Assembly: GCA_050084985.1 (NCBI GenBank)
Contig: JBITNC010000001.1
Span: 40,300,001-40,364,000 of the forward strand
DNA: 64,000 bases
Direction of reading: 5' to 3'
DNA from: Nageia nagi
Lineage: Eukaryota > Plantae > Pinophyta
Of this stretch, positions 14,241-28,538 are shown piece after piece. Positions within the stretch are counted from its first letter, which is position 1, and every line of letters starts with the position of its first letter. Under the pieces are notes generated by a model that worked only from the letters and a program-made list of their open reading frames with translations, ran no database searches and had not been told where the DNA came from. The position numbers and the translations under genes are program-made.

Positions 14241-15688
14241 TGATCTAAAATTTGGATCCCTATAGTGTTCTAGAAACTCATATTAAGTGTGTTCAATGTA
14301 TCTTATTCATCCCTATATTTTAGATGCTTCTTTTGAATCACATTTTTTCCTTTATTTATAGATGTTATGTGGATTTGAATATTCTAGGTGTGTTTGAGAA
14401 AATTGAAAAAGATAAAAAAATATATATTGAAAAGTTAAAAAAATACTAGATAGTTATTTAAGTGGGACCTACCTATTTGAAAGGTTGATGTAGAGCACTA
14501 TAAGGTGTAGTTCCATTATGTTTGATTCATTGCCAACTATTTGATGCTTCTTCTGAATCACATTTTTGTCTCCATTTGTAGAAGTTATGTGGATTTGAAT
14601 ATTCTAGGTGTGTTTGAGAAAATTGAAAAAGGGAAAAAAACTATATATATTGAAAAGTTAAAAAAGTATTGGGTGGCTATTTATGTGGGATCCACCTATT
14701 TGAAAACATTGATGTAGATCATTATGAGGTGGAGGTCCACCATGTTAGCCAAGGTGGTAGAGTGGGTATTGATGTGAAGAGTGGAGATAGTTTGACCATT
14801 AATGTGGGGATTTATCCCATGTTGAAGCCATCTGGGAACTATTTGGAGAGGGGCACATAGAGCCCACCACAGGCCAAGTAAACTACTCTATAGTTAACCA
14901 TTAGCATTTTTAAATGACATAGACCACTAGTGATCGCCAACTTCCTCCATTGCTAGTCAAAGGGGGTTGGCCCCTTCATTTACTAAGCACCACTTGGCAC
15001 AATATGATTGTATCCACTCATTTAAGCTCAATTTTGGGATTTTTACATGGTTTTGAATGAAATTTAATTTTTCAAGGGGCTAGTTTTATTTTTTACTAGT
15101 TGAAGCCCCTATTGTAGGGTTGAGTATTATTTGTTAAAATTGTAGCACTCTAGAGAGTTTAAATTTACCTGTTTGTAAGCTTATTTTGGGATATTTTTGT
15201 AACCAATTGAGCTCAAAATTTTAGAAGTACATAATTGAGCCAAATATGTACTAGAATATGGTTTTTGTTTGTTATCTTTCTAGTTATAATACATCTAAAT
15301 TTATCTCCAAAAAAATGTATAAAATGGGAGCAAATTGGATGTGCATGAGGAGGAATATTTTGGAGAGTATATTTTAATTTTGTGGTGATATTTCAAAGAT
15401 AAAGATTGTTTTTGAATATGAGAAGAGGCTAGTGGATTTCAAAGGTCCTTTTGTACAAGAATTCCACCCATTAAAGAAGAGAGATTTTGTTGTTGGATGT
15501 AGCCCACATTGGGTGAACTAGGGTAAATTTGGGGTTGTCTTTTGTGTGCTTGAAGTTCAATTTTCTTCTTTGGTTTGGCATAAATTCTCTATAAATTTTC
15601 TTACAAGAACTTGAATAAACTTAAGTGTGGAATGATCCTAGTTGAAAGTTAAAGTGAAAATTTAATTCTTATGGATTATAGATTATGA
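14241..15688 (+). repeat. LTR-b, the shared middle LTR, with an internal ~220-bp duplication
   Basis: Starts TGATCTAAAA after the PPT and ends before the decayed PBS AGGTATTAGAG (~15690). Segment ~14303-14522 is repeated at ~14523-14745. Confidence 0.85.
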
Positions 15689-15769
15689 TAGGTATTAGAG
15701 AAAGAGATTGAATTGGGATTAACCTATATTTTGTGAGTCTTATTGTTGGATATTTGGAAATTATTTTGC

Positions 15770-18700
15770 ATGAATACCAAGTTGCAAAGTAAGAAAGGAG
15801 AAGAGAAAATTGTAGAAGAAGATCCTAAGATTGGTTCTAGGATTTGGGTAAGGAAATAAAGGGAGATTTTCATGGCCAATGAAGAAGGATCCAATTTGAA
15901 AAAGCAACTTGTTGATCACACTTAAATATTCCAAAAGATGTCACTCCAATTTCAACACTTCCAATAACAACAAAATAAGAAAAGTGAAGGTGAAACTAGT
16001 GAAGGTAATAAATTGAGCAATGAGAATACAAATAGTTTTTTTTTCAAAAATCTCCTTTAAAGCTTGAAGTAAAGTTTGATTTCCCTACTTTTTATGAAGA
16101 AGTGAATGTTAAAAAATTAGATCATTGTATTAAGCAAATTGAAGTGTCTTGTAGAATACAAAAGATTGAAAATGATGAGGATGGGATTCAATTAGCAACT
16201 CTTAAGATGAGCGGAAATGCACTTATTTGGTGGAAAAGTTGTATGCAAAATGAAAATGACTCACTTAAAGAATTTTATGCTTATTGGAATCATTTTGTAT
16301 AATTGCTTAGAGATCAATTTTATCCATTAGGGTACCATTAAAAAATAATAATGGAATGGCAAAGCTTTTGTCAAGGCAAAGGGCAATGTGTGTAGGAATA
16401 CACTACAGAGTTTTGAAAGAGGGATAATATGCTAGGTATTTCTCTTGTTTCCCAAGACACTCTTCTAAAGTATGTTGGTGGTTTGAATAATATTTAAAGC
16501 ATACCTTGTTGATGTTTGATCCAACTGATTTGGATAAATTTTGTGTACAAGCCACACACTTAGAAGGAAGAGGGAAATTCATTAAGGAAGGGAAAAAAGC
16601 AAAATGCTTCTAATCCTAATAATTATAAAAAGAATAATGAAAAAGGGAAGGAGAAAAAGAAAACTACATCTACTACACAAAAAGAAAATTCTAAAGATAT
16701 TTGTACTCATTGTAAGAGAGAAGGTCATTTAGAGGCTAAATGTTGGAAATTACATCCTGAATTATGCCCTAAATTTAAAGACCAAAAGAAACAAGTAAAT
16801 ACTATTGTAAAAGAATTAGAAGATGGTTTTAATGTATATGAGAAAATGGCATGTATGGTATTTCATAATAAATATAATGAATATGAAGAAAATAAAAGAA
16901 TTAAACTTTTTCAAATCAAAGTACAAAATCTAAGAAGACAAGGATTGATACATTGTTTGATCTTGGTTCACAAACTAACTTAATTAAAGAGGAATATGTA
17001 AGATCTCTTGCACTCACTACTCAACCACATCCGCATCCCTCTCTATTGGGATAGATTCATAAAAAGTCCAAGTTGGAGGTAACTAGATAATGCAAATTGA
17101 AATTTAGAATTAACAAGCATTACACTGATGAAGTTTAACTTGATGTTGTTCCTTTTGATATTTGTGGGATTGTGCTTGGAATTCCTTATCTATGGGATAG
17201 AGATGCTTTGTTTTATAGAAAGGAAATAGGCTCATTAGGGATGGAATTGAATATATCATTATTTCTCATCAAAATAAAAAAAATATTTATTTGATTACTA
17301 CAAGATAAGCAAAGAGACTTGGTAATACTGGAAATATATTTGCACTTGCAATGGTCAGTTTGCATAATTAAGTGGAAATTATTAAGGCTCTTAATGAATG
17401 TGAACCAAAATACAAAGAACAAGTGAAAGAAATAATTTCTAAATTTGAGGTTTTATTTCAAATACCTAAAGAACTTCCACCTAAAAGAGATACACAACAT
17501 GAGATTCAATTACATCCTGATGTTGCACTTCTTAATATTGGTTTGTATAGATAGGTTTTTATGGAAAATGGAAAAAATTAAGAAACAAGTTAAAGAATTG
17601 CTAGATCAAGGAGTCATTAGACCAAACACATCACCATGTGGTTCTCCTATTGTTATAATTCCAAAGAAAAATGGAAACATTGATTTTCATATGCATGATG
17701 GATTACTTTTTCATTTGGGCAAGATTTGTATTCCTAAAGGTGAGAGAAATAATTTTATTAGGGAAGGTCACACTTCTCAAATTTTAGGACACTTTGGTGT
17801 TGGTAAATTACTTGCTAATTTGAAAAGGTATTGTTATTAGCCTAAAATGCAAGAAAATATATTTAGGTATATCAAAGGTTGAATGTTATCTAGTGTTAGG
17901 AAACCCAGTAATAGGAAGTTGGGTCTTTATATTCCATTATCTATTCCTACAAAATTATGGGAGAGTATTTCTATCTATTTTATTGGAGGTTTACTTATTT
18001 CTAAGAGAGGATATTATTATTTATTTGTTATTGTGGATAGTAAAATGTGCATACTAATTTCATGTAAAAATATTGTGACAAGTTAGGAGGCTAATAATCT
18101 CTTCTTTACTCATGTGTGGGTAAACTTTGGTCTTCCTACTTCTATCATTTCTCATAAGGATTCTAGGGTTTTTGATAAATTTTGAACTTATTTGTGAGAA
18201 AGGATGGAAAATAAGTTAAAAAGGAGTACAACATTCCACCCACATATAGATGGTCAAATGGAAGTGGTAAATAGGAAAATGGTAAACCTTTTATGAGGTT
18301 ATTATGGTAAGCATCCTAAGACTTGGGATGAACATTTGTGCTATATACAACATGCATAAAATCAAGCTATACACTCTTCTACTAACAAATCATATTTTTA
18401 GATATGTTTTGGTGATTTTCCAAATTCAACTTTCAATTTGGCTTTTGCTTCATCTAGCAATGGAGATAGTGTTCTTCATAGTGAGGAGGAGTGAGCAAAG
18501 AAATTCATTGAGATGATTAGGGTGATACATTAGAAGGTCAAGGAACAATTGGAGAAGAGTCAAGCAAAGTACAAAGAGAGGCATGATCATCATAGAGTAG
18601 ATCACAAATTTTAGGTTGGGGATCAAGTATGGCTTCATATTAGCAAGGAAAGATCATATGGTGAGGGGAAAAAGTTGAAATTGATAAGATATGGGACTTT

Positions 18701-19040
18701 TACAATCATTGATAAAGGTTGTGAAAATGCATTTTGGTTAGATCTATCACCTTATTTATAGATTTATTTTGTTCTTAATATGAAGAATTTGAAGTTGTAT
18801 GAACCAAACTTGGTTGTAGAAGATGTAGGTATCATGTTTCCATCCATGAAGGATTTAGCCCTTGAGCAGATGAGTGTTTTAACTAAGGATGCAATATTGG
18901 AAAAGAAGAAGAGATCATATCATAGTGGTGAATATGAGGTATGGTGTATTGAATTTAAGGGCCAACACCCACACAAGGCCATGTTGTATGCAATTGATAG
19001 AGTGAGGGAAATTTACCCTCACCTTATTGCATCATCATAG
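15770..19040 (+). mobile_element. CRM-like Gypsy copy 2: degenerate gag(CCHC)-protease-(RT/RNaseH deleted)-integrase-C-terminal chromo-like domain
   Basis: Zinc knuckle CTHCKREGHLEAKC (~16701-16743). ORF 17445-17840 reads 'VIRPNTSPCGSPIVIIPKKNG-NIDFHMHDGLLF...GHFGVGK'. PPT TGGGGAGAAA at 19071-19080. Confidence 0.9.
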
Positions 19041-19080
19041 GCACTTTTGGGATTAAAAGCTCTCTCTCAATGGGGAGAAA

Positions 19081-20146
19081 TGATACAAAATTTGGATCCA
19101 CATAATATTATGAAAATTCATATTCACTATGTCTAATTCATCACCAAATTTTTGATGCTTCTTTCAGATCTCATTTTTGTCTCCATTTGTAGAAGTTATG
19201 TGGATTTTGAATATTCTAGGCATGTTTGAGAAAATTGAAAAGGCAAAAAATATATATATTGAAAAGTCAAAAATGTATTAGGTGGCTATTTAAATGGGAC
19301 CTACCTATTTGAAAATATCAACATAGAGCACTATGAGGTGGAGGTCCACCATGTCAGCCAAGGTGGCAAAGTGGGTGTGGATGTGGAGAGTGGAGACAGT
19401 TTGACCATTAGCATTGGGAGTCGACCAACGTTGAAGCTATCTAGGAGTCATTTGGAGAGGGGTAGGTGAAGTCCATTAGGGGCCAAGATGACCACTCAAT
19501 GGTTGATTGCTAGTGATTTTAAACACCACTATCCACCTTCCAGTGACCACCAACTTCCTCCACTACCAATTAAAGGGGATTGACCCCTTCGTTTGCTAAG
19601 CGTCACTTGGCGCAATATGCTTACATCTACCCATTTAACCTTAGTTTTAGGATTTTTTTATGGTTTTGCATGAAATTTGATTTTCAAAAGGGTTAATTTA
19701 ATTTTTTTATCGATTGAAGCCCCTAATTTTGAGTTAAGTATTATTTGTTAAAACTACAGCACTCTAGAGAGTGTAAATTTACCTATTTGTAAGCTCATTT
19801 TGGGAGATGTTGTAATCAATTGAGCTCAAATTTTTTGGATTAGATAATTGAGCCAAATGGGTACCATAATATGGTTTTTGTTTATTATCTTCCTAGTTAT
19901 AATACATCCAAATTTGTCTCCAAAAAAATGTATAAAATACGATGAAATTGGACATTTCTGAGGAGGAAGATTTTGAAGACTATAGTTTAGTTTTGTGATG
20001 ATATTTCATAGGTAAAGATCATTTATGAATGTGAGAAGAGGATAGAGGATTATGGAGGTACTTTTGTACAAGAATTCCACCCACTGAAGAAGAGAGCTTT
20101 TGTTGCTGGATATAGCCCACATTTGGTGAACCAGGGTAAATTTTGG
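19081..20146 (+). repeat. LTR-c, 3'-truncated
   Basis: Starts TGATACAAAA. Homology to LTR-a/b stops after AGGGTAAATTTT, where Copia RT begins. Confidence 0.85.
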
Positions 20147-21480
20147 TAGATCTTCCACCATGAAAGAAAGCTATTTGATGCAAATGGGTGTTCAAAACCA
20201 AGTACAAAGATTATGATACACTTTATAAGCACATGACCTAACTCATTGCAAAAGGATATGCTTAATAAGAAGGTATTGACTATGAGGAGACTTGTTCTCC
20301 CATGGCCAAGATGAATACCATCATAATTACTTTTACAATGGTAGGATAATTTTGCCAAAAAGTCCATTAGATTGATGTGAAAAGTGCCTTCTTGAATGGA
20401 TATTTAGAGGAATAAGTCTACATGCAATAACTCGAAGGATTTGTGATTGATCTAGGAAAAAGAAAAGGTGTGTAGAATGATCAATTCTATGTATGGATTG
20501 AAATAGGCTCCATGATCTTGGTACATGAAATATGATTACCACCTACTACAACATGACTTCAATAGGCATCTATATGATCCTAACCTCTAGCTTTGATAGC
20601 ATGGGGGGATATTTTCATAGTTATAGCTTATGTTGATGATTTGGTTATCACAAGAAACATTGAGGAGTTGATCATATCTTACAAACATGACCTCAAATAA
20701 TTATTTGATACGACTGACCTTGGTTTACTTCACTATTACCTTGGATTGGAGGTTTGATAGATGCAAGATCAGTTATTTATTTCTTAGATGAAGTACACTA
20801 AGAAGTTGTTGGAGAAATTTAAAATGATGGAGTGTGAATCAATGTTCATGCCAATTGAACTTGGTTTACATTTTTCATAACATGATTGTTCTCCATCAAT
20901 AAATGAAACTTTTTATTGCCAACTAATTATAGGGTTAATTTACCTAGCATACACTAGGTCAGATGTTTTTTATGCCATTAGCTATCTTTCATGATTTATG
21001 CTTGAAACAAAGAAGGCCCATTGGATTCAATAAAGCATGTTCTATGACATCTATAGCATTGATAGTTATGGATTGAAATACAATAAGAATGATAAGTTCA
21101 TCTTGTTTGGATAATGGATGTAGATTATGAAGGATCTTTAGATGATAGAAGATTGATGATAGGATATGCATTCTTCTTTAGATTTAGATTAATATCATGG
21201 GGTAGCAAGAAGCAGAGTATCACATCTAAGTCTACCACAAAGTTAAAATACCATGCTATTGCTAATGTTATTTATGAAGTAGTATGGTTACGTTGCATCT
21301 TGATAGATATTCGAATTTTGTTGAACAAATCTACTATTTTGTATTGTGATAATCAAGGTGTACTAAAACTAATTCAAAACCCTTCTTTTTATGAGTGCCA
21401 CAAACACATTGAGATATAGGTGCACTTCTTTCAAGATCAAGTTTTATTGAGGCATCAATTCACCACTTAATTTATTAATC
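20143..21480 (+). mobile_element. Ty1/Copia RT-RNase H fragment (degenerate)
   Basis: 'LVDLPP*KKAI*CKWVFKTK', 'DVKSAFLNGYL', 'YVDD' (20629-20640), RNase H 'ISWGSKKQS...YCDNQG...KHIEI' (ORF 21114-21419). Confidence 0.92.
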
Positions 21481-24399
21481 TAGTGTTGATGTCCAAAGGA
21501 TGTATACAATTGAGACTCTATTTTATATTTGTGATTTCTAAAAAAACACACTTGCAAAAATTGGAAACTCAAAAAATCATGAAACCATAAAATAACTTGC
21601 AAGAATTTATATGAAAGCATAATAACAAAGATGCAACTGCATAAACTTAGGAACAATAATATGAATGAGATATAAAATATTAACAACAATAATAAACAAA
21701 TAACATACATAAAGAAAATAAAAATGCAAGGTAAAATCTACCAATAAATTTGGATAGACTTCATTAGTAATTTCCCTAAGAAGAGATTTAAAGATTTAAA
21801 ATAACTTCAAATTATTATTTCTTCAATGCTTGTAATTCCATCATACATTAAAAATGTCTATTGTTATCTCTATTTTCTAACATATCTAACTAACTGATTG
21901 ACTAACTTTTTCACTCTTTGAGAAGTGTTATTTTATTCTAACATATTTATAACATATTTCTAAATTCACTAAATCTCATCTTATAAAACTAATCCTATAT
22001 TTTTATACAACACATGTTTATTCTATTAATAGTATATTATTTACAACATGGACTAAATCCAACATTCATGTAGTTGTCACTATTAATTAGTTTTAATAAC
22101 TTCCACTAAATTTGGTGCTTGAAAGTATGAATATGTTGATTTGGCCCTCATATTCAATAGAATTATTTAAATCTAACCCTATTCTTTATAAATACAATCT
22201 CTTTTTTGATCTAGTCTCCAATAGTTATCAAATCTAGAACCCAAAATTGCATAGGTCACAACTCCCTCATTTCTAGGTCTTTTTCAAAAATGTAAAAAGA
22301 TATGAGTACCCATTTTTGTGAGAAAGCTCTCCTTTGAATTTTACATGGTTTTCAATCTTCATACTAATTTTAAAGCTCTTAGGTTCTCATAGGATTTTAA
22401 AGTGTGAATTATTCTAGAATTTTGAAGCTTCCTTGATAATGCTTAATTCTAGGATTGCACTTCTCTAAAGTTGATAGTACTTAGGTACCAAACATGATTC
22501 TAGAGTTGTGTCTAAATAATATTGAGATATAACTCTTTTACCCCTTTTATTGCTTTTAAAAAGATACAAAATATTAGATCTTCACATACAATGTAAAATA
22601 TTAGCAAATAACAAAATATGACATCTTAGTCTATTTAGACTAATTAAACACATTAAGATATGCAATCCTATTACTAGAGCATCTCTTATGGTATTTAAAC
22701 AATGGTATTTTTATATCAAAATGATGCTATTATTTGGCCTCATCATTCACCCACACTTAAACTATTATAGCTCTTGATGCAACCAAATCTTTTCATGCTA
22801 CTTTCAAAAGGTGACTAAAATTAATACCCTTAATACATTCTCAATCCTATGTTTGTAGTCAACTGATGTCATGATTACTAAATCATAAAATGATTTAAAA
22901 TCTCCCTAGAATTTATTCACAATCATGCTCCATGTCATCTAATCCTAGTCACCTAACTATCTTAATTTACTTTCTCCAAAGTTATCGGAGTATCCTTTAT
23001 TATTTTGGCTATTTGAAATGAATGGCCTATGGATGCATATATTTGCATAAGAATTCAACCAGTTTAGTTACTTAGTAAATGAAAATTTCCACATCGATAG
23101 GAACATAATGAATATTATTGCCATAGAATTCTATTTATGGTTGAAACACATAATGAATAGTTCACTTATAACTCATGTTCATACATATATACACTACCCT
23201 TAATGTTGATTTAATTTTATAATCATCTCATCTCTATGGTCTTCTAAAGCAATTTTAACTAAAGAGAAATTTTTTATTGACTATCCCAAATCATGTGATA
23301 TACGTAGTGCATTTAGGAATATACATTACTATTTTCAATACACTTAAGAACTTTAATCCTCCATAAAGCTCTATGTTTATGATCTACTATGTGCATTGAT
23401 AGCATAATGCCAAAACTTATCAACATCATCTATTTCCACATATGGTCCATAACCATATTAAATAAAATATGGTTGCTTCCTATTATTGAAAGTAATGTAT
23501 GTTGGTATTAATAGCAAGATTGATATTTATATCACAATGCAACAACAATCATATTGCATCTCAAAGTACTAACTATCATCATTTGTATCCCAAGCTGAAG
23601 GAACATGGTATTTGAAAATTATAGTATTGTTCTACAATATTTGAAAACTACTGATGACACATGCTAATCTAGAAATGATTCATGATATTCTATGGTAACC
23701 CTAAGCTTTGTATATGAATTTACCTTCATATTGTGCTTTCATGTCACTAATCTAACACTCAATATCAGCAAGCCTCAAAACATCCTCAAACTAACTCATG
23801 AATCCCCATAGATATGATCTTAATTTCAATAATACCCTTATAACATGCCAAATTTGTATATCCTCTCTTAGACTAATACTCTAATCCCAACATCCTACTA
23901 CAAAAAGAAAGAAAGTGCCTTGCTTAATAAAATATGTGAAATCTAATCATATCAGTATTAAGAAGCCCTTTGAAAATTCTTTTATAACATGGTAGAGTAC
24001 TATCACCATTTGATACTCTGTAATCATGTTCACCAAACATCCCACCACATCTATTTAAATTTATCCACTATATTTTCAAAAAATCCATTTTATGCATGTT
24101 ACATGATCCTTTCATTTCATTAAAATGTATTTTGATAAGGCATGATTAGGTTACTGATGTTCTAAAGGTTCAAAATTACCAATGTGGTTCACAAGACAAT
24201 CAACAAAATGATATTTTTCTTAGTTGGTAATATCCAAAATCAAAATAATTGGTGAATTTGATCTAAATGATACCATAAATTATAAAGAAATTCATAATAC
24301 AATATTATGTTTCTTATAGATAAATGTATTACATTTTGTTACATATTGATGAGGAATTTTATCTAACAATCCATTGGCCCTTTTTGAATGAGAAACCTA

Positions 24400-24420
24400 A
24401 TATATATATATATATATATA
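24400..24420. repeat. (TA)n microsatellite
   Basis: Seen directly. Confidence 0.9.
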
Positions 24421-27079
24421 GATTTTTAGAGATAAATGTGACCAACATATAGATATCATAAATCTTCCCTTATATTCAATGGAAATATCTCTTCAATATA
24501 TTTCCAATGAGCTCAAGATCATAAAAATTGAACATCTACAACAAAAGTTACATGCTTTTGAAGCTTTATGTTTTTTTTTTTTACAATCATTTCTAATGAC
24601 AAAAATTAGAACTTTTCAAGGTTATTCATGCCTTTAACTTGGAAAAAATGGTTTAAAATTTATATTTAATAGAAATATTTTTTAATATATTTATAAACAA
24701 CTACAATAATGAAATAAATGGATATGTATAGCAGAAGTTATATATGTTTGAATTTGGATGTCCTCTTCACATTCTTGGAAAAACAAAAATAGTGCCCAAA
24801 ATTTTTTTATTTTAATTGTGGCTTTAAATTACACCTAAACCTTTATTTATATTCAACATTAATCATGTATATAGAAAAATAGATTAAACTTTATTGAGGT
24901 TGCAGTGCTCTAGTTATTACAATCATGAAACTGTATTTACAGTATGTAACTTACCAAAACCATGCATGTGCCTCTTCTATGTCCATTACTGTATACCTAT
25001 TATCCATGCTTCTACAACCATAATATGTGATGAATACCAATTTTACACTATTTACTTATGATATGATCCTTCTATGTAACCTCCACATAAATACAAAAAT
25101 AACTATCTTCGTTTATGAAAACTTTATTAGTTTTGACAGTTGTAAACCCTTATCAGATGCCACATTGGAGGACTTGTAAAAACTAACTCAAAAGGAGTTA
25201 AGGTATAAAAATTGGTACAATAATAAATTGAATCACTAAAAATACAAAGTATAAATTTTGAGTCATATGAAAAAATATCTAAAAAGTTATGGTCTTTGAA
25301 AAATTATAATTTCTCATTTTTTATGGCTGAAAATAACACAAAAAAATAGTTTTAACAGCCAACTTTATAGGCAAACTGGAAGCAAATATAGAGGATTTAG
25401 AGGCTGAAAATTGTACCATAGATAATACACATAATTTAGAACACAATTTTCAAATTTTATTGCATTTGGTTACATGGTTTAGGAGATATAAGCTCTGCAA
25501 AATGGCTTCTAGACACTTTTTACAGTTGGGCAAAACTTTGATAAAAATGATAAGTACAACTTGAGGTAGCTTTGCATGACTAAATGGTCTATGTTTGCAC
25601 TCATAATGATCATAACCATCTAGAATTAAAATATAAAGTATGCCAAAGAAGAAAAAATGCTTTATTTTCTTCAAAAATTAATCAACCCTTCAAAATTATC
25701 CATCACTAAAATATTCCAAGGCTCAACAAACTTAATCAACCAGAGTAGAACCCTTGTTCTATTTGAACAACCCCACAATGCAAAGTATAGCCAAGTGGAA
25801 TGAGCTCTTCTTGTACTATGAAGTTGCTTCTAGAAATTTGAATTATTGAACTGTAAACTATTCTTCAAGCTTATAGCCATGACCACATTGTAAGATGTTT
25901 CCTTTTGTTAGAATTGCAACATTAAACAATTTTCTTACCTATGTAATCTTACCCATGTTCTTTTCCAAAGTAGCACAATGCTTCCATATGTATGCATTTT
26001 CCCTTTTGGTAGCCTAAAAACCACTTTCAAACACATCCCTTATAGATCTGAATCTAGCAAGTTATGCCATTCTCATCATTTGACAAATTATCACATACAA
26101 AGACCTTTGATATATAAATATGTTATTATGAATCTCTTATTTTATGGTATAGATAGGAGGATGATAGCAAATATTATAGATTTCAAATTTATACCAATAT
26201 ATAGTTAGACATGTGAATATAGTTTTATCATAGCATACAACATACCACTTCAAATTCAATTTCTATAGATATTAATTGTTTATTGTGGCTTCTTTGGTGC
26301 TCTTTCTCTACTCTGTCCACAAAATACTCCAACAACAATTTTTTTTATTTTATGATCATTATCTTAGATATGAATTGAATTCTTTACAACTACTATCTTC
26401 TTTAGAGTTGAAAGTATTTCCTTTATAATTGTTGCCTTGTTCTATTAAACTATCTATACCACGAATCATATCTTGATTCTAAATATTAAAGATATGACAT
26501 GATGACCTTTTCCCCCATACTTGAAGATTGGCATGTTCTCATGCAAATAAGAAATTATTATGTAAAAACCTAATGGGGTACCATAATATAAATAATTTCA
26601 AGTACCAATCTTCAATACTACAACAACAACTATTTGAAGAATGTACAATAGCTATATATACTGAAGGAGTGAAGTATGAATCCTTTGGGATGTGATATTA
26701 ATGAAGTGTAAAGTTATCAAAAACTTTTACATTAAGAACTCACAACACCTTATTAATAGCCATAGTGTAAGGACTTCTCAAAATATTGTTATTCTATAAT
26801 TTCTTGGGTTTTAGTGACCCCACAAAATACTTAAGTATGGTTGTGACACTAATAAGATTGAATTAAACATCCAATGATGCCTGATGCCAAAGGATACTAA
26901 AGTAACAAGAATACATATTTATAACATGCTAGCTAGATTTAAAATAAATAAGGTGCATGCATGTTAAAACTAATAAATGAATACTTGAAGGAATCTCAAT
27001 CTTCTTCCATTCAATCATTGGAAATTATTTCTTTGTCTTGTAGATGTCATCAATGTTGTACAACTATGTACCTTTGATG

Positions 27080-27245
27080 AAGTTGGTTTTCACCCATGAG
27101 TATACCAACTGATATTATTTTCTATTTTCTTCTTCTTCTTTGTAATATGACTACCAACTTAGTTGGTTTTCACCTATGCAAGAGCTAGTAAGCTAGTTTT
27201 CACCTGCATAACTTCCAATAGGGTTGGTTTTCACCCATACTCCAA
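27080..27245 (+). repeat. Four copies of an AGTTGGTTTTCACC-like motif
   Basis: Copies at ~27081, 27161, 27191 and 27222. Confidence 0.75.
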
Positions 27246-28538
27246 CTAACTTAAATAAAATGATCCAAATAAGATTTATTACTTTTGTTTTCATGTTTGA
27301 AACTATTCAAACTCTGATGCTAGATAAAAATCTAGAGCTTTGTATTATTTTTCATATTATGAAATTCTATGATTTTCTAGACTCTAGAGCTTAATGTATA
27401 ATTTTGGAGCAAACAAAATTCTAAAGCTAAACAAGACTTTGGTACTAAACATAGCTCTAAAGCTATATGATTTTTCTAGATTCTTGAGTTTTATACATTA
27501 CGAAACTTTGAAGTTGTGTTTATTTTATATTTTGGACCTCTCTATATTTCAAAACTCTAGAGCTTTATATATTTGCAAATTCTAGAGCTTCTATCCAAAT
27601 GATATTCTAACTTTGCTTCCCAAGTAATACTCTAGAGCTAATGATGTGATAATTTGGTGCTCCTATTGAGCAATGCAATTTTGAATTCTTCCATGTGTGA
27701 GCTACAAATTCATATTACTAGAAAATCTATGCATGTGAAGAATCTAAGCACTTGAGAGATCTTGTGCTGAAGGAAATTTGATGCTAGAAATTGTTAGCAC
27801 AAAGAAGAGAGAGTTTCACTATATGTTTTTTATTCTAGTTAAAGATCAAATGCATATCAATATAGAGTGCAACCACTCTATTTCCATTGATCTAATAATA
27901 TCTTAATTATATATAGACCTTCCCAGTATAATAAGATCTCTATTCTTTATGTTAAGAATTTGAAAAATAGTAATATTGAGTAAAGAAAAGCTAATTTTTC
28001 AATTTCTATTAGTAATCTATACTTTGTTTAGATGGTTGCATACATGTTACATCTTGTGGACTGAATTTAATCTCTCAATGAATGTATGATATTATTTTGG
28101 GCTCTCATTCTATAATGCATATCTCTCAAATGAACAATCATTGAGAATGCATAACACTTCCTCATTATGTGTGTGGAATAAAACCTTGATATGGTAATCA
28201 ACTCAAAAATTGGTATTTCATTCACTGAAGATAAGAATGACCCCATCATAGAAAAAATAAAAATTGATAAAGTTGATTGCATTAAGGTTTTAAACATTGA
28301 ATGTGGAACATGAGAACTCTATGTAATTTAAGGATATTATTCATTGGTTGGAGCAATTGAAGGTGTTGCATACTCGAACAATGGATTAGTGGAGTATGAT
28401 TCTTTAGGCTTATTAAGTACATAGGGATCTAAGGGAAGAGGGGATTGAGTTGATGATTGGGAAATATTGGATTGGATAGCAAAAATTTCTCTTATCCACG
28501 TATTTCTTAAAAAAAGTAACCCTGAATAAATACTTCTT

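Noticed and set aside
22500-27000. Coding-like remnants (PPR, integrase or transposase?)
   Set aside because: No consistent motif series in any frame I read; left unassigned.
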